From contig JBEKYG010000001.1 of assembly GCA_049511215.1 (NCBI GenBank), positions 1-41,200 of the forward strand: 41,200 nucleotides of DNA, read 5' to 3'. Both the position numbers and the translations under genes were made by a program. Shown here piece by piece: positions 24,641-34,100 of this stretch; position 1 is the first letter of the stretch, and each line of letters opens with the position of its first letter. This DNA comes from Acidobacteriota bacterium (GTDB lineage: Bacteria > Acidobacteriota > UBA6911). The notes beneath the pieces were generated by a model that had not been told where the DNA came from, ran no database searches, and saw nothing but the letters and a program-made list of their open reading frames with translations.

Positions 24641-27600
24641 CTAATAGCTGATTTTCAAGCCGAACTGAACCTGACGGTTTGGTCCCAACGTGCTGGTTAT
24701 GGTCCCGAAAGCCGGATTTGTCAGGGTCGAAACCGGCTGATTGAGAAATGGATGGTTGAAAGCATTGAACAATTCCGCCCGGAACTGGATGCCGAATTTC
24801 TCGGTCTTGAAGTTCTTCGCAAGTGTGAGATCAAAGTTGTTCGTCCCCGGACCATTTATATTGTTACGCGGGTCATTTCCAAAGGTGCCTGCGGGCGCGG
24901 ATACAAAGGCTGCCGGGTTCAGGTAGACGGTCTTGGAACCGCTATTTTCAAGTAACGGGTCCACGCCGGCGACGATGTTCGGGCGATCATTATTCACACC
25001 TGTGCTGCCGTTGTCCTTGCCCAGTTTGATAAAGATCGGCCTGCCGGACTGGAATGCGGTGATCCCGGAGAGCTGCCAGCCGCCAACCACGTAGTTCAAA
25101 ACGGGGGGCAAGGATTTACCGAAATGCCGGTCGTGTCCGACCGGCAGATCATAGACGTAGCTGATCACGAGCCGCTGACGCGCATCGAAGTCCGAGTTTC
25201 CACGATCGGGCTGCGTGTTTCTCGCGTCCTGAGTGACTCCGCCACCCCCGGCGCCGCTGTCGATCGAGTGACTGTAGGTGTAGGAAGCGAGCAGGGAAAG
25301 TCCTCCCGAAAACCTGCGTTCCAGCCCGCCGACGAGCGCATTGTAGGTCGAATCTCCAATGCTCGTCAGCATCGATATCGTGCCGTACTGTGGAAAGGGC
25401 CGGCGTGATTGCACGGACCCGGTGGTTCCAGGGAACGCCTGGTTCAGGTCGATGGCTCTGGTGAGACGTGTGCCTTTCGTCCCGATATATCCGGCCTCGA
25501 ACACCATGTTTTTCGCGAACTCGAGCTGGTAGCCAAAGTTCCACTGCTGGATATAGGCGTCGCGGAATCTTGGATCAACGCCGGGCGCGTTGTAGATAGT
25601 GGTAGAGGACTGGGAAGCCGGGAACGGATTCGACAATGTCAGAGCATTGGGATTTCCAGGAGTCGAGCTGTAGGTTTCCGGCTTGTCGAAGGGATAGCCC
25701 TTGCGCGTGGGATCGAGGTCGTTGCCGAGCATGACGAGATCATAGAAGATGCCGTAACCGCCGCGAAACACGGATTTCGAAGAGTCGCCTGGGCGAAACG
25801 CAAACCCGACCCTCGGTCCCCAGTTGTTCCGATCAGGATCATACAGAGCCCTGGACGCACCGTTCAGGCCGGCGGTCTGGTATTGGCCGGTCTGGATGTT
25901 GAAGTCCGCGTAGCGATTGTACTTTTCAACGTCGGGCGTGTTGAATTCATAGCGAAGTCCGAGATTCACGGTCAGGCGATTGGAGGCCTTCCAATCGTCC
26001 TGGAAGTATCCGGCGTAAGAGTAGATCCTGTGGTAGCGGATGTCCGCCGCGAGCAGATCACGGCTCGTCGAGGCCGGCAAGCCCAGCTCGAAGTCGGCAA
26101 ATGCGTTTCCCGTCCACCTCCCATCAAATGTGAAACCCTCGCGCGTAGCTTGGGTTGCATTGAACTCCTGCTTGCGCCATTCGAAGCCGGCGCGCATCCA
26201 ATGCGAGCCCTTGGAAAAGCTCACACCTTCGGAAATCTGATAGGTGTTGCCGACGCGCGGAGACCACGGCATGTCTCCGATCGTGCCCGTACTCGAAATG
26301 GAAAATGTGGGCATCCCCCACGCCATCGGGAACGGATTGGTTGGGAGTCCCAAGGTTCCCCCGATATTATTCGTGGCGGCGGTGAGCGCCACTCGAGGCT
26401 CAAGGAAACGGTTAAACCCGGCCCGCACTTCGTTCAGCAGCTTGCTCGAAAACACGTGGGTGTCGGTCAGCGAAAGGGCCTGCGAATTCGTCGTGTCCAG
26501 CATACCGTAGCCAGGAACGCAGGTCGGCACCTGAGCAGCACTGGGGCAGGGTTGATGGAGCAGGTCGTGCGTCAAGCTATACCGTGCGAATAACGTGTTC
26601 GCGTTGCTGAGCCGGTGATCGATGCGCCCATTGATCGAGCTTACGTTTTCTACCTGGGCGAGGGTAGCCTGAAGGTTCGAGGCGCCCGTCAGTCCGGGAG
26701 TCGGTTGCGGCCACGCCCCCATGGCAATTACCTTCTGAGACACCGGATTGAACAGGGTCGGCGATATTTGATTTCCGGTAAAGGTCGCGCCGCCTGCGCC
26801 AAACGGATTCTTCAGCGCCGTCTTCACCGAGGAAAAGTCGCCCTGCAAAAAGGCCAATGAAGGCACCTGCTGCAGGCTGGTGAATGACTGCTTCCGATTC
26901 AAGCCCTCATAGGCCACAAAGAAAAAGGTCTTGTCGTGCCTGATCGGCCCCCCGAAGGTGGCACCATACTGGTTGCGCAGGAATGGCGCCTTCGGGCCCG
27001 TCGTGTTGAAAAAATCCCTCGCATCCAGCACGTCATTGCGCAGGAATTCCCAGGCCGCTCCGTGAAAACTGTTCGTGCCTGATTTCGTGGTTACGGTAAC
27101 CTGCGAGGCGCCGCTGCGCCCGAATTCCGCCGAATAGGAGTTCTCGACCACCTTGAACTCCTGGATGGCATCCACAATCGGGCGCACCGCCCAATTGTTG
27201 GTCGCCGGATCATTGTTGTTGATGCCGTCCAACATGAACGAATTCTGCGTCTCGCGCCCCCCAGACGCATTGAAGCCGCCGCGTGCGCTCAGACTCGACC
27301 CCGGTGCGGGCGATACCGCTCCAGGGACAAGTTGTGACAGAGACTCGAACTGGCGTCCGTTGAGCGGCAACTCGAGGATCTTCTGGTTGTCGAGCACCTG
27401 GCCGACCGACGATGTTTCCGACTGCACCAGAGGCGCGGCGTCGGTTACCGTCACCTGCTCATTGTTGCCCCCGACCTGCAGCGTAAAATCGATGCGCAGC
27501 TTGTCGTTGACGTTGAGCATGATGTTGTCCGCCAGGCCTGTCTTGAAGCCGGAGCAGCCGGCCTGGATTTTGTAGACACCGACCGGGAGCAGCGCAATGG

Positions 27601-27802
27601 TGTAATCACCGCGCTCGTCGGTCGGAGCCGTCCGTTGAGCATTGGTTCCCGTATTGGTGATTGTGATCATCGTGCCCGGCATGACTCCGCCGGAGCTGTC
27701 TTTGACCGTTCCGGTGATCGAGCCTGTCTGTGCCCAGACTGTCGAAACCGAAAACAAACAAACGAAAATACCTAGCAGACCAAAATTCCGAAGAGTTCCC
27801 AT
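24641..27802 (-). CDS. TonB-dependent receptor with a CarboxypepD_reg-like N-terminal domain (intact)
   Basis: About 1050 aa. Signal peptide MGTLRNFGLLGIFVCLFSVSTVWAQ, then TGSITGTVKDSSGGVMPG.., a plug region and a long barrel ending ..QFGLKISY. GGAGG lies upstream of the ATG at 27802. Confidence 0.9.
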   Translation of the reverse strand: MGTLRNFGLLGIFVCLFSVSTVWAQTGSITGTVKDSSGGVMPGTMITITNTGTNAQRTAPTDERGDYTIALLPVGVYKIQAGCSGFKTGLADNIMLNVNDKLRIDFTLQVGGNNEQVTVTDAAPLVQSETSSVGQVLDNQKILELPLNGRQFESLSQLVPGAVSPAPGSSLSARGGFNASGGRETQNSFMLDGINNNDPATNNWAVRPIVDAIQEFKVVENSYSAEFGRSGASQVTVTTKSGTNSFHGAAWEFLRNDVLDARDFFNTTGPKAPFLRNQYGATFGGPIRHDKTFFFVAYEGLNRKQSFTSLQQVPSLAFLQGDFSSVKTALKNPFGAGGATFTGNQISPTLFNPVSQKVIAMGAWPQPTPGLTGASNLQATLAQVENVSSINGRIDHRLSNANTLFARYSLTHDLLHQPCPSAAQVPTCVPGYGMLDTTNSQALSLTDTHVFSSKLLNEVRAGFNRFLEPRVALTAATNNIGGTLGLPTNPFPMAWGMPTFSISSTGTIGDMPWSPRVGNTYQISEGVSFSKGSHWMRAGFEWRKQEFNATQATREGFTFDGRWTGNAFADFELGLPASTSRDLLAADIRYHRIYSYAGYFQDDWKASNRLTVNLGLRYEFNTPDVEKYNRYADFNIQTGQYQTAGLNGASRALYDPDRNNWGPRVGFAFRPGDSSKSVFRGGYGIFYDLVMLGNDLDPTRKGYPFDKPETYSSTPGNPNALTLSNPFPASQSSTTIYNAPGVDPRFRDAYIQQWNFGYQLEFAKNMVFEAGYIGTKGTRLTRAIDLNQAFPGTTGSVQSRRPFPQYGTISMLTSIGDSTYNALVGGLERRFSGGLSLLASYTYSHSIDSGAGGGGVTQDARNTQPDRGNSDFDARQRLVISYVYDLPVGHDRHFGKSLPPVLNYVVGGWQLSGITAFQSGRPIFIKLGKDNGSTGVNNDRPNIVAGVDPLLENSGSKTVYLNPAAFVSAPAGTFGNDPRNNINGPGTNNFDLTLAKNFKTEKFGIQFRAELFNAFNHPFLNQPVSTLTNPAFGTITSTLGPNRQVQFGLKISY

Positions 27803-28150
27803 GGTTGCCTCCGTTTTGAGCAGGCCTGGACACGGCAAGGAGATGCGAAATCGCCGGCTCCTCTGAGATCATCCAGCTGCGACCTCGCATTGAACAACAT
27901 ATTCCATGCAATTTTACATGCACGTTAAAACAAGCAGCTGGAGGCGCGCTCAGGGCGCGGCAGAGTCGCCGAAGAGGTAACCGTCCGCGCGGGGAAAAAT
28001 CCCGATCCACCTGCACCGTCCGTGCTTGGGTTCTAGTGCCCTCAATGTTGCCAACTGTAAGCCCGAGTTCTTCCGCATGTCCAATGAAACTTTTTTATGG
28101 TAACGATAAACGCGCATGCCGTCGGGGAGAAAGGCAAAGGCAACTGTCAA

Positions 28151-28206
28151 GACGCCAGGACGCCAAGAAAGAACAATATTATTGACTCTCTTGGCGGTCC
28201 TGGCGG
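28151..28206. repeat. Composite palindromic element downstream of the CoA-transferase gene
   Basis: gacgccaggacgccaagaaag pairs with ctcttggcggtcctggcgg with a one-base bulge. Each arm is two tandem GACGCCA[AG]G-like units. Confidence 0.6.
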
Positions 28207-28227
28207 TTCAGCGATGATCCGTTCTTC

Positions 28228-29460
28228 CTAAATCACACCATCCCTCTTCAGTTGATGAACGGCTTCTTTGGAATAACCCAGCAAGCTGCAATAAATCTCT
28301 TCATTGTGTGCGCCGAGATATGGGGCGGGGAGGTCGAACTCCCCCTTGGACTCGGAGAGTTTGACAGGGATATCGTGGCCGACAGCGCCTTTCACCTTCC
28401 CGAGTTCTGGGTGAATCAGGTCGACAATCATGCCCCGGTGCTTCAACTGGGGATCCGCAAGAACTTCCGGAATCGTGGCCACGATCCCACTGGCCACTCC
28501 ATGTTTCCTGACGATTTCAACCACTTCCGCCTTTGCCTTGGTAACCGTCCAGCTCTCGATGATCGAGTCCACGGCATCGGCATTCATCATTCTCTGATCA
28601 AGTCTCTTGAACCGGGCGTCGTCCACCAGATCTTCGCGGCCCATGGCCTTCAGCAGGTTCGTCCAGTGGCTATCGGCGGCACTGCAGATCACCACATATC
28701 CGTCTTTGGCCTTGTGCGAATTGAATGGAGTCAGCCGCAATCGGCGGTTGCCGGTGCGAATCGGGATTCCCCTCTCCACATAGACATCGAGTGACTCATC
28801 GAAAAGAAAGGAGAAAAGACTGTCCATCATGGAGATATCAACAGCCTGCCCCCTGCCGGTCTTCTCGCGATAACGAAGTGCCGCTTGAAGGCCAATAACC
28901 ATGTAAAGAGCAGAGACCAAGTCCCCGGCAGCCACGCCCATCCGCACGGGCGGGTTCTCCGGGTATCCGGTCACCTCCATAACGCCGCTCATGCCCTCGA
29001 CCACAGGATCGAATGCCGCGAGACTGCGATAGGGTCCATCCTGCCCGAAGCCTGAAATAGAACAGAGGATGATGTCGGATTTGATTTTCTTTAATTCCGG
29101 ATAACCAAACCCCAGCCGCTCCATGGTTCCGGGCGCGAAATTCTCCGCGACAATATCAACCTTCTTCACCAACTCCCGGCAGAGTCGTTTGCCGGTTTCG
29201 TTTTGCAGGTTCAGGGTGATGCTCTTCCTGCCTCGCGCGCGCTTGAGAATGCACAATGAAAGGTCCCGGGGATCTTTCTTTTCAAATACGATTCCCTCCG
29301 GCCCATAATAGGGGCCGTTGGCGCGCACGGCATCTCCCCCATCAACCTTTTCCACTTTGATCACCTCAGCCCCAAGGTAAGCCGCGATCTCCATGGCATA
29401 AGGACCCGAAAGCCAAGCGGTCAAATCCAGGATGCGAACATTCTCCAGTGGCCTTTTCAT
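28228..29460 (-). CDS. Family III CoA-transferase (CaiB/BaiF type)
   Basis: Reads MKRPLENVRILDLTAWLSGPYAMEIAAYLGAEVIKVE..., the typical CoA_transf_3 N-terminus. GGGAGGG lies upstream of the ATG at 29460. Confidence 0.9.
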   Translation of the reverse strand: MKRPLENVRILDLTAWLSGPYAMEIAAYLGAEVIKVEKVDGGDAVRANGPYYGPEGIVFEKKDPRDLSLCILKRARGRKSITLNLQNETGKRLCRELVKKVDIVAENFAPGTMERLGFGYPELKKIKSDIILCSISGFGQDGPYRSLAAFDPVVEGMSGVMEVTGYPENPPVRMGVAAGDLVSALYMVIGLQAALRYREKTGRGQAVDISMMDSLFSFLFDESLDVYVERGIPIRTGNRRLRLTPFNSHKAKDGYVVICSAADSHWTNLLKAMGREDLVDDARFKRLDQRMMNADAVDSIIESWTVTKAKAEVVEIVRKHGVASGIVATIPEVLADPQLKHRGMIVDLIHPELGKVKGAVGHDIPVKLSESKGEFDLPAPYLGAHNEEIYCSLLGYSKEAVHQLKRDGVI

Positions 29461-29516
29461 CCTGCCCTCCCTAAGCGTCATAACCGACAATTGAAATTTC
29501 CGAACCTTGACGAATC

Positions 29517-30659
29517 CTAAAACCCCGACTCGCGAGCGATGACCAGGTGGTGGATTTCGGATGTCCCTTCGGTGATGGTGAAGAGTCTTCCATCCCTCCA
29601 ATAGCGCTGGACCGGATATTCCATCATGTACCCGTAGCCGCCGTGAATCTGCATGGCTTGCGCCAAAATCTCCTCCAGGGTTTCCGCGCAGAAAAGCTTG
29701 ACCATGGAGGCCTCTCTGGCCACCTTGCGCCCGGCGTCGTAGAGCCGCGCCACTCGATAGGTGTATGACCTCATGATGTCGCTCTTCATGGCCATTTCGG
29801 CGAGCTTGAAGCGCGTGACCTGGAACTCGACAATCGGCCGCCCGAACTGGACGCGGCTTTGTGCATACTGCAGGCTGGCTTCGTACGCAGCCTGAGCCAC
29901 ACCCGTGCAGCGGCCGCCGTAAGTGATTCTTCCGGAAGTTAGCGTGTCCAGAATCTGGCTGAATCCGCGGCCTTCCTGGCCTCCAACGAGACGCGCCGCG
30001 GGCACGCGGCAGGCTTCAAAGAGCAGCTCCCCGGTTTCAGCGGACCGGTTTCCCACTTTGTCGAGTTTTCGGGTGACGGCGAAACCGGGAGTGCCCTTCT
30101 CCACTACGAAGAGACAAACGCCCTCTGCCTTGCGCGCCGGATCCACAGTGGCTGCGACGACGGCATAGTCACAGATCGGACCATTGGTAATGAATGTCTT
30201 TGACCCATTGAGGACGTAGTGATCGCCGTCCTTGGTCGCCCGGGTTTTGATGCTGGCCGCGTCCGACCCCACATCCGGCTCGGTCAAAGCGAACGCGCCG
30301 ATTTTCTCCCCCTTAATTGCCGGAAGAAGAAACTCCTGCTTGAGCTCATCGGAACCGAACCGATAGATGGGATTCGTAGCCAGGCCCCCCTGGACCATGA
30401 GTCCGGCGGCGATTCCCGCGCAAATGCGGTTGAGCTCCTCGGCGAGAATGCATTCGGCTATTTTGTCCGCACCCCCTCCACCCATCTCCAGGGGATACCG
30501 GATGCAGAGGAGACCCAATTCACCCATCTTGCGGAAAAGTTGGATGGGGAACTTGCCCGACGCTTCCGCCTGCTCGACGAGCGGCGCAACTTCTTCTTCG
30601 GCAAAGCGCCTGGCGGTCTCTTTGATCATCTGCTGTTCTTCAGTCAGCTCGAAATCCAT
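29517..30659 (-). CDS. Acyl-CoA dehydrogenase
   Basis: 380 aa, MDFELTEEQQMIKETARRFAEEEV..., with the C-terminal TITEGTSEI motif typical of ACADs. Confidence 0.9.
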   Translation of the reverse strand: MDFELTEEQQMIKETARRFAEEEVAPLVEQAEASGKFPIQLFRKMGELGLLCIRYPLEMGGGGADKIAECILAEELNRICAGIAAGLMVQGGLATNPIYRFGSDELKQEFLLPAIKGEKIGAFALTEPDVGSDAASIKTRATKDGDHYVLNGSKTFITNGPICDYAVVAATVDPARKAEGVCLFVVEKGTPGFAVTRKLDKVGNRSAETGELLFEACRVPAARLVGGQEGRGFSQILDTLTSGRITYGGRCTGVAQAAYEASLQYAQSRVQFGRPIVEFQVTRFKLAEMAMKSDIMRSYTYRVARLYDAGRKVAREASMVKLFCAETLEEILAQAMQIHGGYGYMMEYPVQRYWRDGRLFTITEGTSEIHHLVIARESGF

Positions 30660-30671
30660 AGCGCTCTTCTC

Positions 30672-31940
30672 CTATTGATCGTTGCTTTCGACGATTGCGC
30701 AGATGCCTTGTCCTCCACCGCCGCAGACCGTTTCCAGTCCGTAGCGCGCACCGCGCCGTTTCATCTCATGAATCAAAGTCACCAGCCTCATGGCTCCCGT
30801 TGCCGCGATCGGATGGCCCAGGGAAATCCCGGAACCGTTGACGTTGATTTTTTTGTCGAAATCTTCCTGCCGGACCGCCATCAGCTTGGCATCGGCCAAG
30901 GTCTGCACCGCAAAAGCCTCCTGAATTTCAATCAGATCGATCTGGCCGATGGAGAGTCCGAGCTTCTTCACCGCCTTGTCTACAGAGGCGGGTACCGCCG
31001 GATAGGTAAGTGTCGGATCCGTGCCCGCGATGGCACAGGACCGGAAATATGCCATCGGCGCCACGCCGAGTTGCTTTGCCTTGGTTTCGGACATCAATAC
31101 CAGTGCGGCGGCGCCGTCGTTTTCACTGGAGGAATTTCCTGCCGTGCATATGCCGTCGGGATACACCGGAGGCAATTTGGCGAGTTTTTCCATGGTGGTG
31201 TCCCGCCGCGGGGTTTCGTCCAGAGCGAAAACCGCGGTCTCGCCTTTCTTTTTGGAGATGGCAATGGGAACAATTTCGTCGCTGAATTTCCCGGCATCAA
31301 TCGCGGCGATGGCTCTCAAATGGCTGCGCAATGCCCATTCATCCGCTTCCTGGCGGGATATCTGTTCCTTTTTCGCCGCGGTTTCCGCCCAGGTCATCAT
31401 GGAAGGAAGCTCGCCAAACCTCGCGATCGGCTGAGACATCACCCGAGCCCGCTGGATCCTGTCATAGAGGGGCACTCCCCACATCGAGAGTGCGCCATGA
31501 CCTTTCGGCATGAATCCCCATTTGTCGTCCTTCTTTCCGCCCAAGCCCCATTTGATATCGCCGGGGAAATAGAGCTCCGCCTGGCTCATACTCTCGATTC
31601 CACCCGCGACAATAATGTCGGCATTGCCGGTTTGAATCTTCATGACACTGAAGAAAACGGCGTCCAAACCCGAGCAGCAACGGCGATTCAGCGTCACGCC
31701 GGGGACCTCGGCCGGCCATCCGGCATCGAGAAGCGACATGCGCGCCCCATTCGCGCATTCGCCGTTCTGATAGGCCTGCCCCATAATCACATCATCAACC
31801 CAGGCGGGCGCAACCTTGGCTCTCTTCACCGCTTCATTCAGGACTACACTTCCCAGCCGGTACGCCGGGAAATCCCGCAGCGCTCCACCATATCCTCCAA
31901 TGGGCGTCCTCACACCTGCGACAATTACGACAGTCTCCAT
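30672..31940 (-). CDS. Acetyl-CoA C-acyltransferase (thiolase I/II type)
   Basis: Reads METVVIVAGVRTPIGGYGG.., with active-site blocks NRRCCSGL, NGSGISLGHP and CGGGGQG. Confidence 0.9.
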   Translation of the reverse strand: METVVIVAGVRTPIGGYGGALRDFPAYRLGSVVLNEAVKRAKVAPAWVDDVIMGQAYQNGECANGARMSLLDAGWPAEVPGVTLNRRCCSGLDAVFFSVMKIQTGNADIIVAGGIESMSQAELYFPGDIKWGLGGKKDDKWGFMPKGHGALSMWGVPLYDRIQRARVMSQPIARFGELPSMMTWAETAAKKEQISRQEADEWALRSHLRAIAAIDAGKFSDEIVPIAISKKKGETAVFALDETPRRDTTMEKLAKLPPVYPDGICTAGNSSSENDGAAALVLMSETKAKQLGVAPMAYFRSCAIAGTDPTLTYPAVPASVDKAVKKLGLSIGQIDLIEIQEAFAVQTLADAKLMAVRQEDFDKKINVNGSGISLGHPIAATGAMRLVTLIHEMKRRGARYGLETVCGGGGQGICAIVESNDQ

Positions 31941-31977
31941 CCAAACACCTTCCTTTCGGGCTCCGTCACGGCCGCCG

Positions 31978-32757
31978 CTAGTGGTTTGCAAAAGTCGGCT
32001 TTCTTTTCTCGAGGAAGGCGGTCACTCCCTCCATGAAATCTTTGGTTCTGTAAACCTCGCCGTATAGCTCTGAATCCTTCCGCAACGACTCGAGGAAGGA
32101 ATTTTGCGCCGCCAGGAACATCGATCTTTTGGCAATGTGGATCGCCGCCGGCCCTTTAGCAATGAGTCCGGCCAGCGCCATGACTTCTTCCATCAGTTTT
32201 TCGTGGGGGACCACACGGTCGACCAGGCCGATTTTCTCGGCTTCCTGAGCCTTGAGAACCTTCCCGGTGAAGATCATCTCCTTGGCTCGGCCGGCTCCGA
32301 CCAGCCTCATGAGACGGACATTGCCTCCATATCCGGGCATGATCCCGATTCGAACTTCCGTCTGGCCAATCTGCGCGCGGTCGCCGGCGATCCGGATGTC
32401 GCAAGCCAGCGCGAGCTCGCAACCGCCGCCTAGCGCCCAGCCGTTGATGGCGGCGATCACGGGCTCATCCATCGATTCCATAAAGAGGAGGATTTCATTG
32501 ACTTTCTTCGAGGCATCGATGGCATCCTGCGGGGTCCGGTCCTTGAGCATGCGCACGTCCGCACCCGCAATAAAAGCATCATCTCCGGCACCGGTGATTA
32601 TGCCCACACGCACGGCCGGATCGGCGTGCAGCCGCTTCAGTACATCCTCGAACTCCATCCAGGTCTCCCAGTTGAGGACATTCCTCACCTCGGGGCGGTT
32701 GACCTTAATGACCCCCACTCCTCCGTTGATCTCGTAAATCAGGTTTTTGTATGACAA
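31978..32757 (-). CDS. Enoyl-CoA hydratase/isomerase (crotonase family)
   Basis: 259 aa: ..VIKVNRPEVRNVLN...ITGAGDDAFIAGADV...INGWALGGGCELALACD.. Confidence 0.9.
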   Translation of the reverse strand: MSYKNLIYEINGGVGVIKVNRPEVRNVLNWETWMEFEDVLKRLHADPAVRVGIITGAGDDAFIAGADVRMLKDRTPQDAIDASKKVNEILLFMESMDEPVIAAINGWALGGGCELALACDIRIAGDRAQIGQTEVRIGIMPGYGGNVRLMRLVGAGRAKEMIFTGKVLKAQEAEKIGLVDRVVPHEKLMEEVMALAGLIAKGPAAIHIAKRSMFLAAQNSFLESLRKDSELYGEVYRTKDFMEGVTAFLEKRKPTFANH

Positions 32758-32784
32758 AGCTTTTCCCCCCAGGTTGGATCGCGG

Positions 32785-33660
32785 TCACTTCGCTTTTGCG
32801 CTGGCTTCCTGCTTGTACTCGTACCAGCCGCGTCCTGTCTTGCGGCCCAATTCCCTCGCTCTGACCTTGCGTCTAAGGAGTTGAGGCGGGTAGTAGCGCA
32901 GGTCCTGGCTTTCCTGGTAAATGGCCGTCAGCGCTCCACAGGAAACATCCAGCCCTACGAGGTCTCCGGTCTCAAAAGGACCCATCTTCCTGCCGAAGGC
33001 CAGCCTGACCCCTTTGTCGATGTCCTCCACCGTTCCGATCCCCTGCTCTAGCAGACGGATGGCCTCGACGTAGCTCACGAGGTTGATCCGATTGAGGAGA
33101 AAGCCGGGGACGTCGCTCTCAACCCGCACAGGTTCCTTTCCCACTCTCTTGACGAAACTCAGCGCCGTCTGCATGGTCTGCTCGGAGGTCTTGATTCCTC
33201 GAATGACCTCTACCACCTCCATCATAGGCACCGGATTGAAAAAGTGGAGTCCGAGCACCTTTTCCGGACGCCTGGTGACGCACGCAAGCTCGGTAATAGG
33301 GATGGCGGAAGTATTGCTGGCAATCAGCGTGTCGGGACCGCACATCTCGTCGAGTTTTTTGAAGATCTCCTGTTTTACCTCGAGTCTCTCGAACACGGCT
33401 TCGATCGCAAGGTCCGCATCCACGGGCGGAGCGAACTCGGTGCCGGCCTGAATCCGCCCCATCACGGTTTCGAGACTCTCGGCCAGTTTGCCTTTTTCAA
33501 TGAATTTCTTAACCGACCAGGCAATGCTCTTCAGGGCCTGATCCAGGCTTTCGCGGTTGATGTCATTTAGGAAGACCTGGATGCCGGCCTGGGCGCAAAC
33601 CTGGGCGATTCCGTTCCCCATCGTTCCGGATCCGACCACAAAGACCTTCTGGATAGCCAT
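32785..33660 (-). CDS. 3-hydroxyacyl-CoA (3-hydroxybutyryl-CoA) dehydrogenase
   Basis: Rossmann N-terminus KVFVVGSGTMGNGIAQV, followed by the 3HCDH N- and C-domain layout. Confidence 0.9.
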   Translation of the reverse strand: MAIQKVFVVGSGTMGNGIAQVCAQAGIQVFLNDINRESLDQALKSIAWSVKKFIEKGKLAESLETVMGRIQAGTEFAPPVDADLAIEAVFERLEVKQEIFKKLDEMCGPDTLIASNTSAIPITELACVTRRPEKVLGLHFFNPVPMMEVVEVIRGIKTSEQTMQTALSFVKRVGKEPVRVESDVPGFLLNRINLVSYVEAIRLLEQGIGTVEDIDKGVRLAFGRKMGPFETGDLVGLDVSCGALTAIYQESQDLRYYPPQLLRRKVRARELGRKTGRGWYEYKQEASAKAK

Positions 33661-33691
33661 GTCCCCTCCTGCGGGCTAGATTGCATTGTAT

Positions 33692-33703
33692 ATTACATGT
33701 AAT
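33692..33703. promoter_or_regulatory. Perfect 12-bp palindrome ATTACATGTAAT flanked by TTGTAT direct repeats in the AT-rich region upstream of the dehydrogenase gene
   Basis: It lies 32-43 nt upstream of the ATG at 33660, and TTGTAT occurs at 33686-33691 and 33705-33710. This is a candidate operator; no factor can be assigned. Confidence 0.3.
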
Positions 33704-33904
33704 TTTGTATGCTATTATGCGGATCGTGTCAACCATAAAATCGACGATCACGAGTGTGAAAGACGAATTTGCGGATGGCAACGATTTTTCAAGACCACTT
33801 TACGCATCTGCCGAGATCTCCCCGGCGAAAAAGGTGACTGTCCCGAATGGCGTTTAACTAAGAGTGCCCGCAATCACCTCGTGGTACCGCCAAACCGAGC
33901 GTTT

Positions 33905-34085
33905 AAGCCCCGAAGGGGCGGGGCAGAAAAGCCCAGGGCGTGAGCCCTGGGATCATGAATATCCAGGAGACAAGCCCTATAAGGGCGAAGCAGCCTGCGC
34001 TGCCCTTACAGGGCTGGTTCCGTGCTCGCCGTCATTTCCCAGGGCTTGCGCCCTGGGCTTTCCTGCGGGATCCTTTCAGGGTCCT
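33905..34085. repeat. REPIN-like imperfect palindrome of about 180 bp made of nested hairpins
   Basis: cccagggc-gtga-gccctggg (33932-33951) and cccagggc-ttgc-gccctggg (34038-34057) are inverted copies with flanking similarity. Inner hairpins are gccctataagggc / gcccttacagggc, and the centre is gcagcctgcgctgc. Confidence 0.7.
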
Positions 34086-34100
34086 AATCGGATTCCTTGA

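Noticed and set aside
27980-28065. Possible cobalamin riboswitch near the receptor gene (GGGGAAAAATCCCG and GCCAACTGTAAG resemble B12-box pieces)
   Set aside because: The pieces are on the plus strand, where no gene follows. They are separated by about 50 nt instead of being contiguous, and the remaining conserved elements are missing.
27950-28150. 66-aa minus-strand ORF in the long leader upstream of the intact receptor gene
   Set aside because: It has no RBS, no recognisable features and a basic low-complexity composition. The 425-bp untranslated region is noted, but nothing specific could be supported in it.
30219-32036. 605-aa plus-strand ORF
   Set aside because: It is antisense to the acyl-CoA dehydrogenase and thiolase genes. 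No recognisable motifs are present, and it is a high-GC shadow ORF. The same reasoning applies to 25409-26593, 9539-10300, 12343-12969, 11092-11850, 35722-36372 and 38924-39577.
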